Virus record (IMG/VR): IMGVR_UViG_3300021519_000916
Span: 64,001-128,000 of that record
Strand: one strand, 5' to 3'
From: a virus
Length of the DNA stretch: 64,000 nt
The notes beneath the pieces are model-generated. The model saw only the letters and a list, made by a program, of their open reading frames with translations. It was not told the origin of the DNA and ran no database searches. Made by a program: the position numbers and the translations under genes. The stretch's first letter is position 1. The number at the start of each line of letters is the position of its first letter. This document shows, piece after piece, positions 1 through 9,666 of the stretch.

Positions 1-1
1 G

Positions 2-55
2 GTTGATAGTGGACTTGTTGATTACTCTTACATTATTCCAGCACAAACTAAGTGA
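2..55 (+). CDS. 3' end of upstream gene, possibly DNA polymerase sliding clamp (partial)
   Basis: Open frame VDSGLVDYSYIIPAQTK* whose stop overlaps the next GTG. Resembles C-termini of phage clamp proteins; only 17 aa visible. Confidence 0.4.
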   Translation, partial: VDSGLVDYSYIIPAQTK

Positions 56-678
56 TAGTAGACGCAGGTTTTTTAAACTCCTGGGAACATAAGGGCCATG
101 TGTACGGAGAATGCATGAGTAAGTCCGACACAGACCTTATGTACGTACACATTCCTAAGAATGCCAGCTCGTGGACAAAACCTAATCTACAAGACTTTAA
201 GTGGGAATTTTATAACTATCACACAGACCATTTAAATAAACATGCCATTGTTGTATTACGTGACCCAGTTGACCGATGGGTAAGTGGCATTGCAGAATAC
301 CTAGCATTATATCATCCAGACTTTATACTACACGACTTAGAAGGATTGGCTTTAATATTTGATAGAATATGTTTTGACGACCACACCGAGCGTCAAGTAA
401 ACTTTATACACGGACTAGACACAGATCGTTGCACGTTTTTTAGATGCGATAGTTACTATAGAGAAGACTTTAGCACATTCTTAGATGAACACGGAATGCC
501 TAATCGCTATCACAAATACGAGCCACAGCATGTCAGCGAACTAAGTCCAGTACGCAGTAAGTTTAAAAATATATTTTTAAAAGAGATACAAAATCCTAAA
601 TACCTCAAAGCGGTTAAAGATTATTTTGCCGCAGACTACAATTTAATTAATAACATAAAGTTCTATGGATCAAGATAA
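52..678 (+). CDS. Sulfotransferase family 2-like protein
   Basis: PAPS-binding motifs YVHIPKNASSW (5'-PSB) and VVLRDPVDRWVSG (3'-PB). Confidence 0.7.
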   Translation: MIVDAGFLNSWEHKGHVYGECMSKSDTDLMYVHIPKNASSWTKPNLQDFKWEFYNYHTDHLNKHAIVVLRDPVDRWVSGIAEYLALYHPDFILHDLEGLALIFDRICFDDHTERQVNFIHGLDTDRCTFFRCDSYYREDFSTFLDEHGMPNRYHKYEPQHVSELSPVRSKFKNIFLKEIQNPKYLKAVKDYFAADYNLINNIKFYGSR

Positions 679-2284
679 CTTAACCGCTAAACAAAAAGAC
701 TACGCTATATTTTTACCTGCTATCAGTGGCTTCTATGCTACCTTTGTAGGTAAACAGCGAGTCAACAACGACTATGTAGACCCTGCACGTTTTCCGCAGG
801 GTATAACGGATATGGAACAACTTAACTGGCTGAACAACCAGAAAGCGTTGTTCCCATATAAGTGGTCGCTTTACTCCGGCGGCCACGCCAACCTTGACCT
901 TAATAAGCCAGATATGGCTGAGGACATGGTTCGCAATCGCGACCCAAACACGCTAGTCTTAGGAGACTCTGGAGGTTTCCAGATTGCCAAAGGACTATGG
1001 GAAGGCGATTGGAAAGCCAACTCAGGATGCCCGAAGGCCCAGAAAAAACGAGAACAAGTTTTAGCTTGGCTGGACGGCATTGCTGACTACGGTATGACTC
1101 TTGATATCCCAACTTGGGTTATACATGATAAAAATGCAGGGCAGAAATGCGGTATTAGTACATTACAGGAAGCTGTAGACGCTACCAAGTTTAATAATGA
1201 ATACTTCATGAAACATCGTAAGGGCATTAATAACGGTGGCGTCAAGATATTAAATGTGTTACAAGGTGCCAGCCACGATGATGCTGAACAATGGTACCAA
1301 CTAATGAAAGACTATTGTGATCCTGTAAAGTATCCCGACACACATTTCAATGGGTGGAGTATGGGTGGTCAGAATATGTGTGATGTTGAGTTGGTATTAA
1401 AACGACTAGTATCATTGCGGTATGATAATTTACTGCAAGAAGGTATACATGATTGGATGCACTTCCTGGGCACAAGTAAATTAGAATGGGCTGTATTATT
1501 AACTGTTATACAAAGGGCAGTAAGAAAACATGTCAACCCCAAATTTACAATTAGCTTCGACTGTGCCAGCCCATTTTTGGCCACAGCTAACGGGCAAGTT
1601 TACTTTGAAAACGTCTTTCCTCAAGACGAGAAATGGTCGTATAGGATGGCTCCATCAGCTGACAATAAAGCATACGCCCTTGACTCGCGCAAGTGGAGTG
1701 ACGGAGTTGTACAAGACGGCATATACCCAAGATGGGAGGATAGTCCAATTAGTAATCTGTTACAGATGAAGGATATCTGTATCTATAAGCCTGGTGTAGC
1801 CAAAGCAGGCGTTACGTTAACTGAGCATAATTTTAAAGATCCCGAGATGTACGATGTATTACCCGATGCAAATAAAAATGGCAAATGGGGCAAGACATCA
1901 TGGGATAGTTTTAGTTATGCATTACTAATGGGTCATAATGTTTGGATGCACCTAACTGCGGTACAAGAAGCCAACCGCAGATTTGATACGGGCGAGCATC
2001 CTGCAATGATGCAATATAGTACCGGAGATTATGCGTACTTTGAAGATATCGTTGAAGCGATCTTTGCTGCACCAACTAAAGGAGATAGTCTAGAAATTAT
2101 CAAATACTATACTAACTACTGGATGGAGATTATTGGTACCAGAGGATTCAAAGGCAAGAAAGCATTAAGTGGTCGCACAATGGCCGCAAAGCACGTAGAA
2201 ATTGAAGGTAACTTTGCTAAAGAGAAACCTAAGAAGAAAGAAAAAACCAAACCTATACTGGACCCATCTATTTTTGAGGAATAA
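665..2284 (+). CDS. dpdA: TGT-fold guanine transglycosylase, DpdA/DpdA2-like (7-deazaguanine insertion into DNA)
   Basis: TGT motifs LGDSGGFQ, MTLDIP, LNVLQG, GWSMGG, HFLG, SFDCASP and a late HN. No CxCxxC Zn site. Clustered with folE/queD/queE. Confidence 0.8.
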   Translation: MDQDNLTAKQKDYAIFLPAISGFYATFVGKQRVNNDYVDPARFPQGITDMEQLNWLNNQKALFPYKWSLYSGGHANLDLNKPDMAEDMVRNRDPNTLVLGDSGGFQIAKGLWEGDWKANSGCPKAQKKREQVLAWLDGIADYGMTLDIPTWVIHDKNAGQKCGISTLQEAVDATKFNNEYFMKHRKGINNGGVKILNVLQGASHDDAEQWYQLMKDYCDPVKYPDTHFNGWSMGGQNMCDVELVLKRLVSLRYDNLLQEGIHDWMHFLGTSKLEWAVLLTVIQRAVRKHVNPKFTISFDCASPFLATANGQVYFENVFPQDEKWSYRMAPSADNKAYALDSRKWSDGVVQDGIYPRWEDSPISNLLQMKDICIYKPGVAKAGVTLTEHNFKDPEMYDVLPDANKNGKWGKTSWDSFSYALLMGHNVWMHLTAVQEANRRFDTGEHPAMMQYSTGDYAYFEDIVEAIFAAPTKGDSLEIIKYYTNYWMEIIGTRGFKGKKALSGRTMAAKHVEIEGNFAKEKPKKKEKTKPILDPSIFEE

Positions 2285-2286
2285 TC

Positions 2287-2484
2287 ATGACCATAACAGC
2301 ACGTATAAAACATTTAGAAAATGAACATCAAAAATTAGATAAGAAGATTGATGGTTTAGAAAAGTCCGGAAACTTTCAGGATGAACTACTAAACAAATTG
2401 AAAAAACAAAGGTTGCATATTAAAGACGATCTTGTTAAAATCAAAGAAACAATTGCATTTAATAAGAGTAAAGAAAATGGATAG
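2287..2484 (+). CDS. DUF465/YdcH-like small coiled-coil protein
   Basis: LENEHQKLDKKI...LKKQRLHIKDDL pattern. Confidence 0.7.
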   Translation: MTITARIKHLENEHQKLDKKIDGLEKSGNFQDELLNKLKKQRLHIKDDLVKIKETIAFNKSKENG

Positions 2485-2992
2485 AATTGGACACGAAAAA
2501 GTAGATTTCTTCATTGGCAAGGAAGTTGAACATAGTTCAGCATTTGGCCATACAACCCTGTTTGTGGTTGGATTACAAAATGAACAAATCGTTTTAAACC
2601 TTGCAAAAAACAACAATTGCACTCATGTATATTTTGGTGCTAATCAAAGTTTCCCCAATCCTGCATTTAATGATGAGCCAACTTGGCGTGGGTGGGAAGA
2701 TATGATCCAAGAATGTTTACGTGCTGGACTACTGTGTACACTAGACTTAGATGTGAGTAGCGTTGAGGGGTTAGCTGAAAGTGGGTTAGCTGACTACAAT
2801 AACTTTATCCCAATGATTTCGGTGAAATTACCCTATATACAACTACTAGGATATAATGCTATAATTAAGCTAGACGACAAGGATTTTGCAAAAACAAATC
2901 CTGGTGTTTGGTGTCATAGTTTACATGATTTAAAGGACCGTAAAAAGTTTACGGATTGGTCGAAGTACACACAAGATGAGATTATTAAATGA
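2477..2992 (+). CDS. Hypothetical protein in the deazaguanine cluster
   Basis: ATG at 2477 overlaps the upstream gene end. Alternating beta/alpha pattern; enzyme-like motifs GKEVEH, HVYFGANQSF, GVWCH. Confidence 0.7.
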   Translation: MDRIGHEKVDFFIGKEVEHSSAFGHTTLFVVGLQNEQIVLNLAKNNNCTHVYFGANQSFPNPAFNDEPTWRGWEDMIQECLRAGLLCTLDLDVSSVEGLAESGLADYNNFIPMISVKLPYIQLLGYNAIIKLDDKDFAKTNPGVWCHSLHDLKDRKKFTDWSKYTQDEIIK

Positions 2993-3288
2993 TTAGGCTT
3001 ATTTGGAGTTATATAATGAAGTGGGGTTGGGACTATAATCGTAACGGTCGGTCTATCGGTAACGAACCATACCCATCTAAGCAATTGAGCATCAGTACCG
3101 ATTCAAATGAATTTGGTGACCCTATTCGTTTTAGTGTGACCCCGGCAAATGGTGGGGTTGTGGTCACTGTCCGCACATACGATAAATTAAAAGATCGATC
3201 AAAAGAAACTGTACACGTAATACCCGATGACACTGATTACGCCAAGGCAGTTGGAGACCTCGTTGCAATGGAGATTCTAAAATCATGA
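2989..3288 (+). CDS. Hypothetical protein (paralogue of 22351..22668)
   Basis: Coupled ORF; shares the ANGG..V.V...HVIPDD.D...G.L..M..LK pattern with 22351..22668. Confidence 0.7.
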   Translation: MIRLIWSYIMKWGWDYNRNGRSIGNEPYPSKQLSISTDSNEFGDPIRFSVTPANGGVVVTVRTYDKLKDRSKETVHVIPDDTDYAKAVGDLVAMEILKS

Positions 3289-3734
3289 ACCAAGAATTAA
3301 GAGAAACAATAGACCGCGTTACCCATGCGGCAAAACGAGAAATTTGGGTTACATTCCGCAAGGAAGGCATTCACTGCTATCCAGCGGCAGCAACTGATCC
3401 GTTACTAAATACTAATAATGAATACAACGTTGCGTTCCTTGCTAATCCTCATCGCCATATATTTCATTTCAGGGTGTCAATCGATGTGTTCCATAATGAC
3501 AGGGACATCGAGTTCATCCAGTTCAAACGATGGTGCGAGTCGTTGTATAATGGTTCGACTTCCGTTTTAGCTTTAGACTACAAGTCCTGCGAAATGATTG
3601 CAGATGACTTGTATATCCAAATTGCCGCACGTTATCCCAATCGTGCAGTAACAATTGAAGTATCCGAGGACGGTGAAAACGGATGTTCAATTACATATAA
3701 CCTCACCCGTCCATATCAATCAATCGTAATTTAA
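3285..3734 (+). CDS. dpdL: QueD-like T-fold protein, DpdL-type (putative CDG decarboxylase)
   Basis: LxxxHRHxF (LANPHRHIF) in place of QueD CxxxHGH, plus SCEMIA and VSEDGENG. A canonical queD is present separately. Confidence 0.7.
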   Translation: MNQELRETIDRVTHAAKREIWVTFRKEGIHCYPAAATDPLLNTNNEYNVAFLANPHRHIFHFRVSIDVFHNDRDIEFIQFKRWCESLYNGSTSVLALDYKSCEMIADDLYIQIAARYPNRAVTIEVSEDGENGCSITYNLTRPYQSIVI

Positions 3735-3744
3735 AGGAAGCATC

Positions 3745-4011
3745 ATGGCCCAAGAATGGCTTGCTAAGTATCTGCGTATGAAACCCGAAGTCAGTGAAAT
3801 TTTTGATGATCTTGAAACTTATCATCAATTTTGTGTGGACTACGGTTACCCGTTTGATGAATCACATCTTTATAACGAACGTACTCATTATGGTGAGTTT
3901 GTTAAGATGACCAAGGGACGCGAACCCTGGGATCAATGGCGTACTCCCAAGCGTGAGCGCAAAGATTTTGTGCCGCGTAGTGAGTGGAAACCACGCAGGA
4001 ACAATGCGTAA
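3745..4011 (+). CDS. Hypothetical protein
   Basis: AGGA SD-like sequence upstream; tightly packed 88-aa ORF. Confidence 0.7.
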   Translation: MAQEWLAKYLRMKPEVSEIFDDLETYHQFCVDYGYPFDESHLYNERTHYGEFVKMTKGREPWDQWRTPKRERKDFVPRSEWKPRRNNA

Positions 4012-4146
4012 ATGTATAGAGTTAGTTACTACATGGCTGGCGGATCTAAGGTTCACAAAACGTTTAGCACGTTAGATGAGGCTATTAGATTTTCCATCTC
4101 TCCCCAGGTGGGGTTTGAAAACTTTTTTCAAATTATTAAAGAATAA
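4012..4146 (+). CDS. Small hypothetical protein (44 aa, below ORF-track cutoff)
   Basis: MYRVSYYMAGGSKVHKTFSTLDEAIRF...IIKE* exactly fills the gap between its neighbours. Confidence 0.6.
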   Translation: MYRVSYYMAGGSKVHKTFSTLDEAIRFSISPQVGFENFFQIIKE

Positions 4147-5333
4147 TGAAATTATATAAAATGCGTAAATTATGGTACATGGGACTTGAACCCTATAAAG
4201 CAAGATATACACTACAGTTACAAGACTGGAATGAAGCGGTATTTAAACGTCGCGGAATTAACTACGAACTTGTGACTGGAGAAACAATTAGTAATGATCA
4301 GGCTATTGTAACGGGGCAAGTATTAGATGCACACGGACGTACTTACTTTGGTATGAGTCAACTAATGAACCTTGTACGTAAGATGAAACAAGGAGAAGTT
4401 ACGCATGAAGATGTTATCTATTTTGAAGATATGTTCCAGCCCGGTATTGAGAGCCTACCTTATATTCTCGATCAAATCGATCCTGCTCATAGGCCTCGCA
4501 TTGCTGTACGTTGCCTTGCACAAAGTATTGATCCAGATGACTTCGTTCATGTATGGGGTATGGCTAAGTGGATGGGACTTTATGAGAAGATGGTGGATAG
4601 TTTTGCGGATATTGTATTAGCATCAAACGAAGAAATGGTCATGCACATGAAGATTGCAGGCTGGGAAGCCCCCCTATACAACATCTCTGGATTGGCGTTC
4701 GGCAAAGATGAAGTACGTGCAAGAGTACCAGGTCCATTAAAACCATTCAACGAGCGTACGATGCGTGTGGGTTTTGCGGCACGATGGGATCAAGAAAAAC
4801 AGCCAGACTTCTTTATGGATCTAGCTGAACGTTTTCATTCGCAAAATCCTAACTGTGAGTTTGCTGTATTCTCTGGTAGCAAACTTAAATCAAATAACAA
4901 TAGTTATATGAACCGTACACGTGACTTGCAGGCACGTGGTGTATTAAAGATATACGAGGATTTAGAAAAGAATGATTACTATACTCTCCTTAACGATACT
5001 CGTGTGTTGTTTAATTGCGCCCTACAAGATTGGGTATCTAACACAGTTTCCGAAGCTGATACTTTGGGTGCTAATGTGTTGTATCCTGCTTATCGCAGTT
5101 TCCCCGAGACATTTGCAAACGATCCAGAACGACTTTATGTTCCTTGGTCATTGGATGATGCCAGTGGAAAATTAACTAAATTATTAGCGGCACCCCATGT
5201 AAATCAAGGACGGATTAGCGAGTGGACTGATGGTACAATTGATAGAATAGTAGATATCCTTGAAGGCAAGGGTGAACAATGGAAACGTATGAATACCGAT
5301 TATCGTAAACATACACATGAAAGCAAGTATTAA
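4146..5333 (+). CDS. GT-B (GT4-like) glycosyltransferase
   Basis: VGFAARWDQEKQPDFF, ALQDWVSNTVSEADTLG and YPAYRSFPE match the GT-B nucleotide-sugar-binding domain. Confidence 0.8.
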   Translation: MKLYKMRKLWYMGLEPYKARYTLQLQDWNEAVFKRRGINYELVTGETISNDQAIVTGQVLDAHGRTYFGMSQLMNLVRKMKQGEVTHEDVIYFEDMFQPGIESLPYILDQIDPAHRPRIAVRCLAQSIDPDDFVHVWGMAKWMGLYEKMVDSFADIVLASNEEMVMHMKIAGWEAPLYNISGLAFGKDEVRARVPGPLKPFNERTMRVGFAARWDQEKQPDFFMDLAERFHSQNPNCEFAVFSGSKLKSNNNSYMNRTRDLQARGVLKIYEDLEKNDYYTLLNDTRVLFNCALQDWVSNTVSEADTLGANVLYPAYRSFPETFANDPERLYVPWSLDDASGKLTKLLAAPHVNQGRISEWTDGTIDRIVDILEGKGEQWKRMNTDYRKHTHESKY

Positions 5334-5352
5334 TTTAACTCAGGAGATGAAA

Positions 5353-5565
5353 ATGGCAACAGCAAAAACAGTAAATAAACTCAACGATAAGTTGACAAAA
5401 ATTAACGAAAACTTTACAATTAATATGTACGACAATGGCTTCATGGTAGAAGCTGGCGGTCGCAATAAAAAAGGCGACTATGTTAATGCCAAGATTCTAT
5501 GTAACACATTAGATGAAGTATTGTCTTTGGTTAAAGAAGCTGGCGAAATGGATCGAGACGTTTAA
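5353..5565 (+). CDS. Hypothetical protein
   Basis: AGGAG SD upstream of the ATG at 5353. Confidence 0.7.
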   Translation: MATAKTVNKLNDKLTKINENFTINMYDNGFMVEAGGRNKKGDYVNAKILCNTLDEVLSLVKEAGEMDRDV

Positions 5566-5579
5566 GGAGATTAATAATC

Positions 5580-5990
5580 ATGGCACATTGGACTGTATCT
5601 ACTGCGGAAAAGAAATCCTGTGAAGAGCGGGAGATTTGGACTAAAGGTAACAAAACTATTGTTCGTATTAACGGATTTCGTTGGGGTACATTTAGTGTAG
5701 AAACCAATGATGATAATCCGCCGGACGGAATTACTGCTGAGAACGAAGACAGCATTGATATGTATAGTCACTGCGGAGACAACATTGATACTATTGACCT
5801 AATATCAATGGACGATGGCTGGTACGGTGATTTTGAGTTTATTGGGTTTGAAGGAGACGAAGAACAAGAGATCCTTGATGCTATAGACGAAGCAGATGAC
5901 TATTACGAATACCTAGAGGAAAACGGTTGGTCTAATGACGACACCGAAGGCTGGTTGCATGGTTCACTTGAAATCACAAAGGACGCATGA
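5580..5990 (+). CDS. Acidic hypothetical protein
   Basis: AAGGAG SD; strongly D/E-rich. Confidence 0.7.
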   Translation: MAHWTVSTAEKKSCEEREIWTKGNKTIVRINGFRWGTFSVETNDDNPPDGITAENEDSIDMYSHCGDNIDTIDLISMDDGWYGDFEFIGFEGDEEQEILDAIDEADDYYEYLEENGWSNDDTEGWLHGSLEITKDA

Positions 5991-6958
5991 AAAAAGTTAT
6001 AGTAACAGGCGGATGTGGTTACATTGGTAGCCACATCGCTAGAGCCTTTAAATATAACTGTGATCAAGTAAACATTATTGATCAAGTCTTTCGCGAGCAT
6101 ACAGTCAAAGGTATAGATGGATACTTGATTGATGATTTTTCAAGCGACTCTGCATTGGCATATATTATCAACACAGCACCCGATGTAATTGTGCATTGCG
6201 CTGGTACTAGTTTAGTGGGACCGAGCATGACCGACCCTGCTGAATACTACGAAAATAATATTGTCAAGACCATTAAGCTATTAAATGTTATTAAGAATAT
6301 GCCTAATCCGCCAATTATTCTTTTTAGTAGTAGTGCCAGTGTATATGGTATTCCGGACTCGTGGCCTATTACCGAAGATAATGATGTTCAACCTATTAGC
6401 CCTTATGGTCGTACTAAAGCAATGACCGAAACTATACTGCGTGATTATTTTACTGCGTATAATATTAATAGTATGTGTTTTAGATATTTCAATGCCGCGG
6501 GTGCAGAACCGTTCAGTTTTAATCTTGGGCAAGAACCAAAAGCAACACATATAATTGCACAAGCACTAGAAGCTAGTTTATCTAAACGTGCATTTTTTAT
6601 TAATGGTGATGATTTTGATACCGAGGACGGAACATGTGTTCGTGATTATATTCATGTATGGGATATTGCGACAGCCCATATCAAGGCCGTTAACTTTTTC
6701 TTTGAAGATTATCCGCAAAGCGGAGCATACATTTATAATCTTGGTACTAAGACTGGTATCAGTAACAAACAAATCGTTGATTACGTGGCAAACAAATATG
6801 GATTACTCTTTGTAAAATATAGCCCACGTCGGATGGGAGACCCTGATCTCCTAATAGCAGATTCCACTCGAGCGCAAGTTGAGCTTGGATGGAAACCCGA
6901 GCACAGCTCAATTGAATCTATAATTGATTCAGCATACACATGGTATTGTCAAAAATGA
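5987..6958 (+). CDS. galE: UDP-glucose 4-epimerase
   Basis: GGCGYIGSH, FSSSASVYG, PYGRTK, RYFNAAGA, DGTCVRDYIHV. Confidence 0.9.
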   Translation: MKKVIVTGGCGYIGSHIARAFKYNCDQVNIIDQVFREHTVKGIDGYLIDDFSSDSALAYIINTAPDVIVHCAGTSLVGPSMTDPAEYYENNIVKTIKLLNVIKNMPNPPIILFSSSASVYGIPDSWPITEDNDVQPISPYGRTKAMTETILRDYFTAYNINSMCFRYFNAAGAEPFSFNLGQEPKATHIIAQALEASLSKRAFFINGDDFDTEDGTCVRDYIHVWDIATAHIKAVNFFFEDYPQSGAYIYNLGTKTGISNKQIVDYVANKYGLLFVKYSPRRMGDPDLLIADSTRAQVELGWKPEHSSIESIIDSAYTWYCQK

Positions 6959-7326
6959 GATTAAACGGAATGGTTAAAAAGGGATGGGGCCATGAGCTGA
7001 TATGGGCCACTAACGATCTCTACTGTGGTAAACTTATGCACTTTAACAAAGATGCTAAGTTCAGTATGCATTTTCATTCTAACAAAGATGAAACATGGTT
7101 AATACTAGAAGGTAAGTTTGAACTACGTTATATTGATACCAAGGATGCCAGCACCCACAGTAAAATACTAAAAGAAGGCGATACATGGCGCAATTATCCA
7201 CTTGAACCACATCAATTGATATGCATTGAAGAAGGTATTGTTGTTGAAGTATCAACGCCGGATAGTGTCGAAGATAATTACCGTGTGGGTAAAGGTGACA
7301 GCCAGGCCAAAACGGAGAAGACATAA
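6955..7326 (+). CDS. Cupin-domain sugar isomerase-like protein
   Basis: KGWGHE, SMHFH..KDETW, PH, EVST cupin motifs; sits next to heptose genes. Confidence 0.75.
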   Translation: MRLNGMVKKGWGHELIWATNDLYCGKLMHFNKDAKFSMHFHSNKDETWLILEGKFELRYIDTKDASTHSKILKEGDTWRNYPLEPHQLICIEEGIVVEVSTPDSVEDNYRVGKGDSQAKTEKT

Positions 7327-7811
7327 TGAAAACACTATATTTAGACATGGATGGCGTGGTAGCAGACTTCAATGCCTATGCTATAAAAACATTAACCAGG
7401 AAGATTGATGGTGACGAACGCTGGGCACCGGGCGAGTGGCGGAAACTACGGGACAACCAACGACTATATAGGGATCTTGAACAGACTCCCGAAGCAGATC
7501 AATTGGTTGAATTTTGTCGCAATTTTTGTTTACAAAAAGAATATGCACTATTATTTCTGACAGCAATTCCCAAGAAGAATGATGTACCCTGGGCATTCTA
7601 TGATAAAGTATTATGGGCACAATTACGGTATCCTGACATTCCAGTTATGTTTGGTCCATACAGCCAGGACAAACAACATCACTATTGTGCTGGCGACATT
7701 TTAATTGACGATCGTACAAGCAATATTGAACAATGGCGAGCCGCAGGCGGCTTTGGTATATTGCATAAGGGTAACCTGGCATCAACTATAGGACATCTAC
7801 AATGTCTTTAG
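7326..7811 (+). CDS. HAD-family phosphatase, 5'(3')-deoxyribonucleotidase-like
   Basis: YLDMDGVVADF, LTA, K, LIDDR. Confidence 0.8.
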   Translation: MKTLYLDMDGVVADFNAYAIKTLTRKIDGDERWAPGEWRKLRDNQRLYRDLEQTPEADQLVEFCRNFCLQKEYALLFLTAIPKKNDVPWAFYDKVLWAQLRYPDIPVMFGPYSQDKQHHYCAGDILIDDRTSNIEQWRAAGGFGILHKGNLASTIGHLQCL

Positions 7812-8200
7812 TTGTAGTCAACGGTACGTTTGACATTTTGCATGTTGGCCATATTATGCTTCTTAATACTGCACGTAGTATGGGGGATTACCTTTTAGTA
7901 TGCATCGATACCGACCGTAGAGTTGCAGAACTAAAAGGTGTAGACCGACCTATTAACAATCAAAGTGATCGCAGAGCTATGCTTAGTAATATTAAAGCCG
8001 TGGATCAAGTTGAATTGTTTGACACCGACCAAGATCTAATAGAGTTATTAAAATTATATAAACCTACCATTATGGTCAAGGGCAGTGACTATAGGGGCAA
8101 ACATATTGTTGGTGCTGAATATTGTAAAAGTATAGAATTTTTTGAAAGAACAAATGATTATTCCACAACAAAAACAATTCACAATATTATTAATCGGTGA
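7802..8200 (+). CDS. hldC: Heptose-1-phosphate nucleotidyltransferase (RfaE domain II / HldC-like)
   Basis: NGTFDILHVGH, KG..RPIN, VKGSDY, YSTT. Confidence 0.85.
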   Translation: MSLVVVNGTFDILHVGHIMLLNTARSMGDYLLVCIDTDRRVAELKGVDRPINNQSDRRAMLSNIKAVDQVELFDTDQDLIELLKLYKPTIMVKGSDYRGKHIVGAEYCKSIEFFERTNDYSTTKTIHNIINR

Positions 8201-8918
8201 TTATTGCACTGACATATATCAATACGGAACAGTAGACCGCATTAGCCCAGAAGCACCAGTACCTGTATTTAAATTCAATTATGAAGAACAACGTCCCGGA
8301 ATGGCGGGCAATGTATATCAAAATCTAATCGCACTTGGTTGCGATGTGCAATTCTTACATGGAAATACTTCAATCAAAACACGGCTAATTGATAGCCGTA
8401 GCAAACAACATATTGTACGAATTGATAATGATGTAGTATCAATGCCGCTAGAACTTGAGACTGATGTACCACCGGTATACGATGCAATTGTAATTAGTGA
8501 TTACAATAAGGGGACTGTTAGTTACGAATTAATTGAAAAACTAAAGCACCAAGGTATTCCTGTTTTTATTGATACAAAGAAAACAGACCTAGCCAGGTTA
8601 GAAGGTTGCTACGTTAAAATTAACAGTTTAGAATATAGTCTTGCTAAAACATTTCCCACAGAGCTAATAGTTACTACAGGGAAAGACGGGGCGATGTATA
8701 AGGGTCAAACATATCCTACTCCTGTGGTTAGTATAACCGACACATGCGGCGCCGGCGATACTTTCTTAGCGGCACTAGTATATCAACAGCTAAGTACTAG
8801 TAATATACATCAAGCCATTGAATTTGCCAATGTAGCATCATCAATAACCGTACAACATAGCGGTGTATATGCACCCACCTTAAAAGAAATAAATGAAAAT
8901 ATTACTAACCGGACATAA
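8154..8918 (+). CDS. hldA: PfkB-family heptose-7-phosphate kinase (RfaE domain I / HldA-like)
   Basis: RISPEAPVPV, ISDYNKG, DTCGAGDTF. Confidence 0.85.
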   Translation: MIIPQQKQFTILLIGDYCTDIYQYGTVDRISPEAPVPVFKFNYEEQRPGMAGNVYQNLIALGCDVQFLHGNTSIKTRLIDSRSKQHIVRIDNDVVSMPLELETDVPPVYDAIVISDYNKGTVSYELIEKLKHQGIPVFIDTKKTDLARLEGCYVKINSLEYSLAKTFPTELIVTTGKDGAMYKGQTYPTPVVSITDTCGAGDTFLAALVYQQLSTSNIHQAIEFANVASSITVQHSGVYAPTLKEINENITNRT

Positions 8919-9666
8919 TGGATTTATCGGTAGCCACATGCTTAAGGCCTTATCTGGCCACGAAGTTGCTACATACGAATGGGGCGATACATATCGTCAT
9001 GGCGTTATGGGGTTTGATTGGGTTATACACCTGGGTGCAATTAGCTCAACTACAGAACGAGATATAGAAAAAGTACTCACACAAAATTTAGATTTTAGTA
9101 TCAATCTATATGATGAATGTAAAACTTTTGGAGTCAACTTCCAATATGCATCATCGGCTAGTATATATGGGCTAGTAAGTACGTTTAGCGAAGATGCTCC
9201 CCCGGATCCACGCACTCCGTATGCTTGGTCTAAGTATTTGTTTGAACGATATGTACGTACTCACCCAAGTGGTAGTATTGTACAGGGCTTTAGGTATTTT
9301 AACGTGTACGGTCCCGATGGCGAAGGTCACAAAGGGTCACAAGCAAGCCCATACTACCAATTTGCTAAACAAGCAAAAGAAACCAATAGCATCAAACTGT
9401 TTAAAAACAGTGATAAATATCTTAGGGATTTTATTCACGTTGATGAATTAGTGGCTACTCAGTTAAAATTTTTAAATGTTAAAGAATCCGGTATATGGAA
9501 TGTTGGCACCGGGAACACAAAAAGTTTTGCTGATGTGGCAAAAACATTTAATGTGAAACTAATCGAAATCCCAATGCCTGCTATATTAACAGACAGTTAT
9601 CAAAAATATACTTGTGCGGATCGTACTAAATTAAATGAAACGTTAGCGAAATTAAATGAGTTTTAA
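8893..9666 (+). CDS. hldD: ADP-L-glycero-D-manno-heptose 6-epimerase-like SDR
   Basis: GHNGFIGS, HLGAISSTTE, YASSASIYG, YAWSK, RYFNVYGP..E.HKG, YQKYTCAD. Confidence 0.85.
   Translation: MKILLTGHNGFIGSHMLKALSGHEVATYEWGDTYRHGVMGFDWVIHLGAISSTTERDIEKVLTQNLDFSINLYDECKTFGVNFQYASSASIYGLVSTFSEDAPPDPRTPYAWSKYLFERYVRTHPSGSIVQGFRYFNVYGPDGEGHKGSQASPYYQFAKQAKETNSIKLFKNSDKYLRDFIHVDELVATQLKFLNVKESGIWNVGTGNTKSFADVAKTFNVKLIEIPMPAILTDSYQKYTCADRTKLNETLAKLNEF

Noticed and set aside
665-2284. Ordinary tRNA-guanine transglycosylase (tgt)
   Set aside because: Much longer than bacterial TGT, lacks the CxCxxC Zn site, and no queA, queF or tRNA genes are in the window. A DNA target is favoured but unproven.
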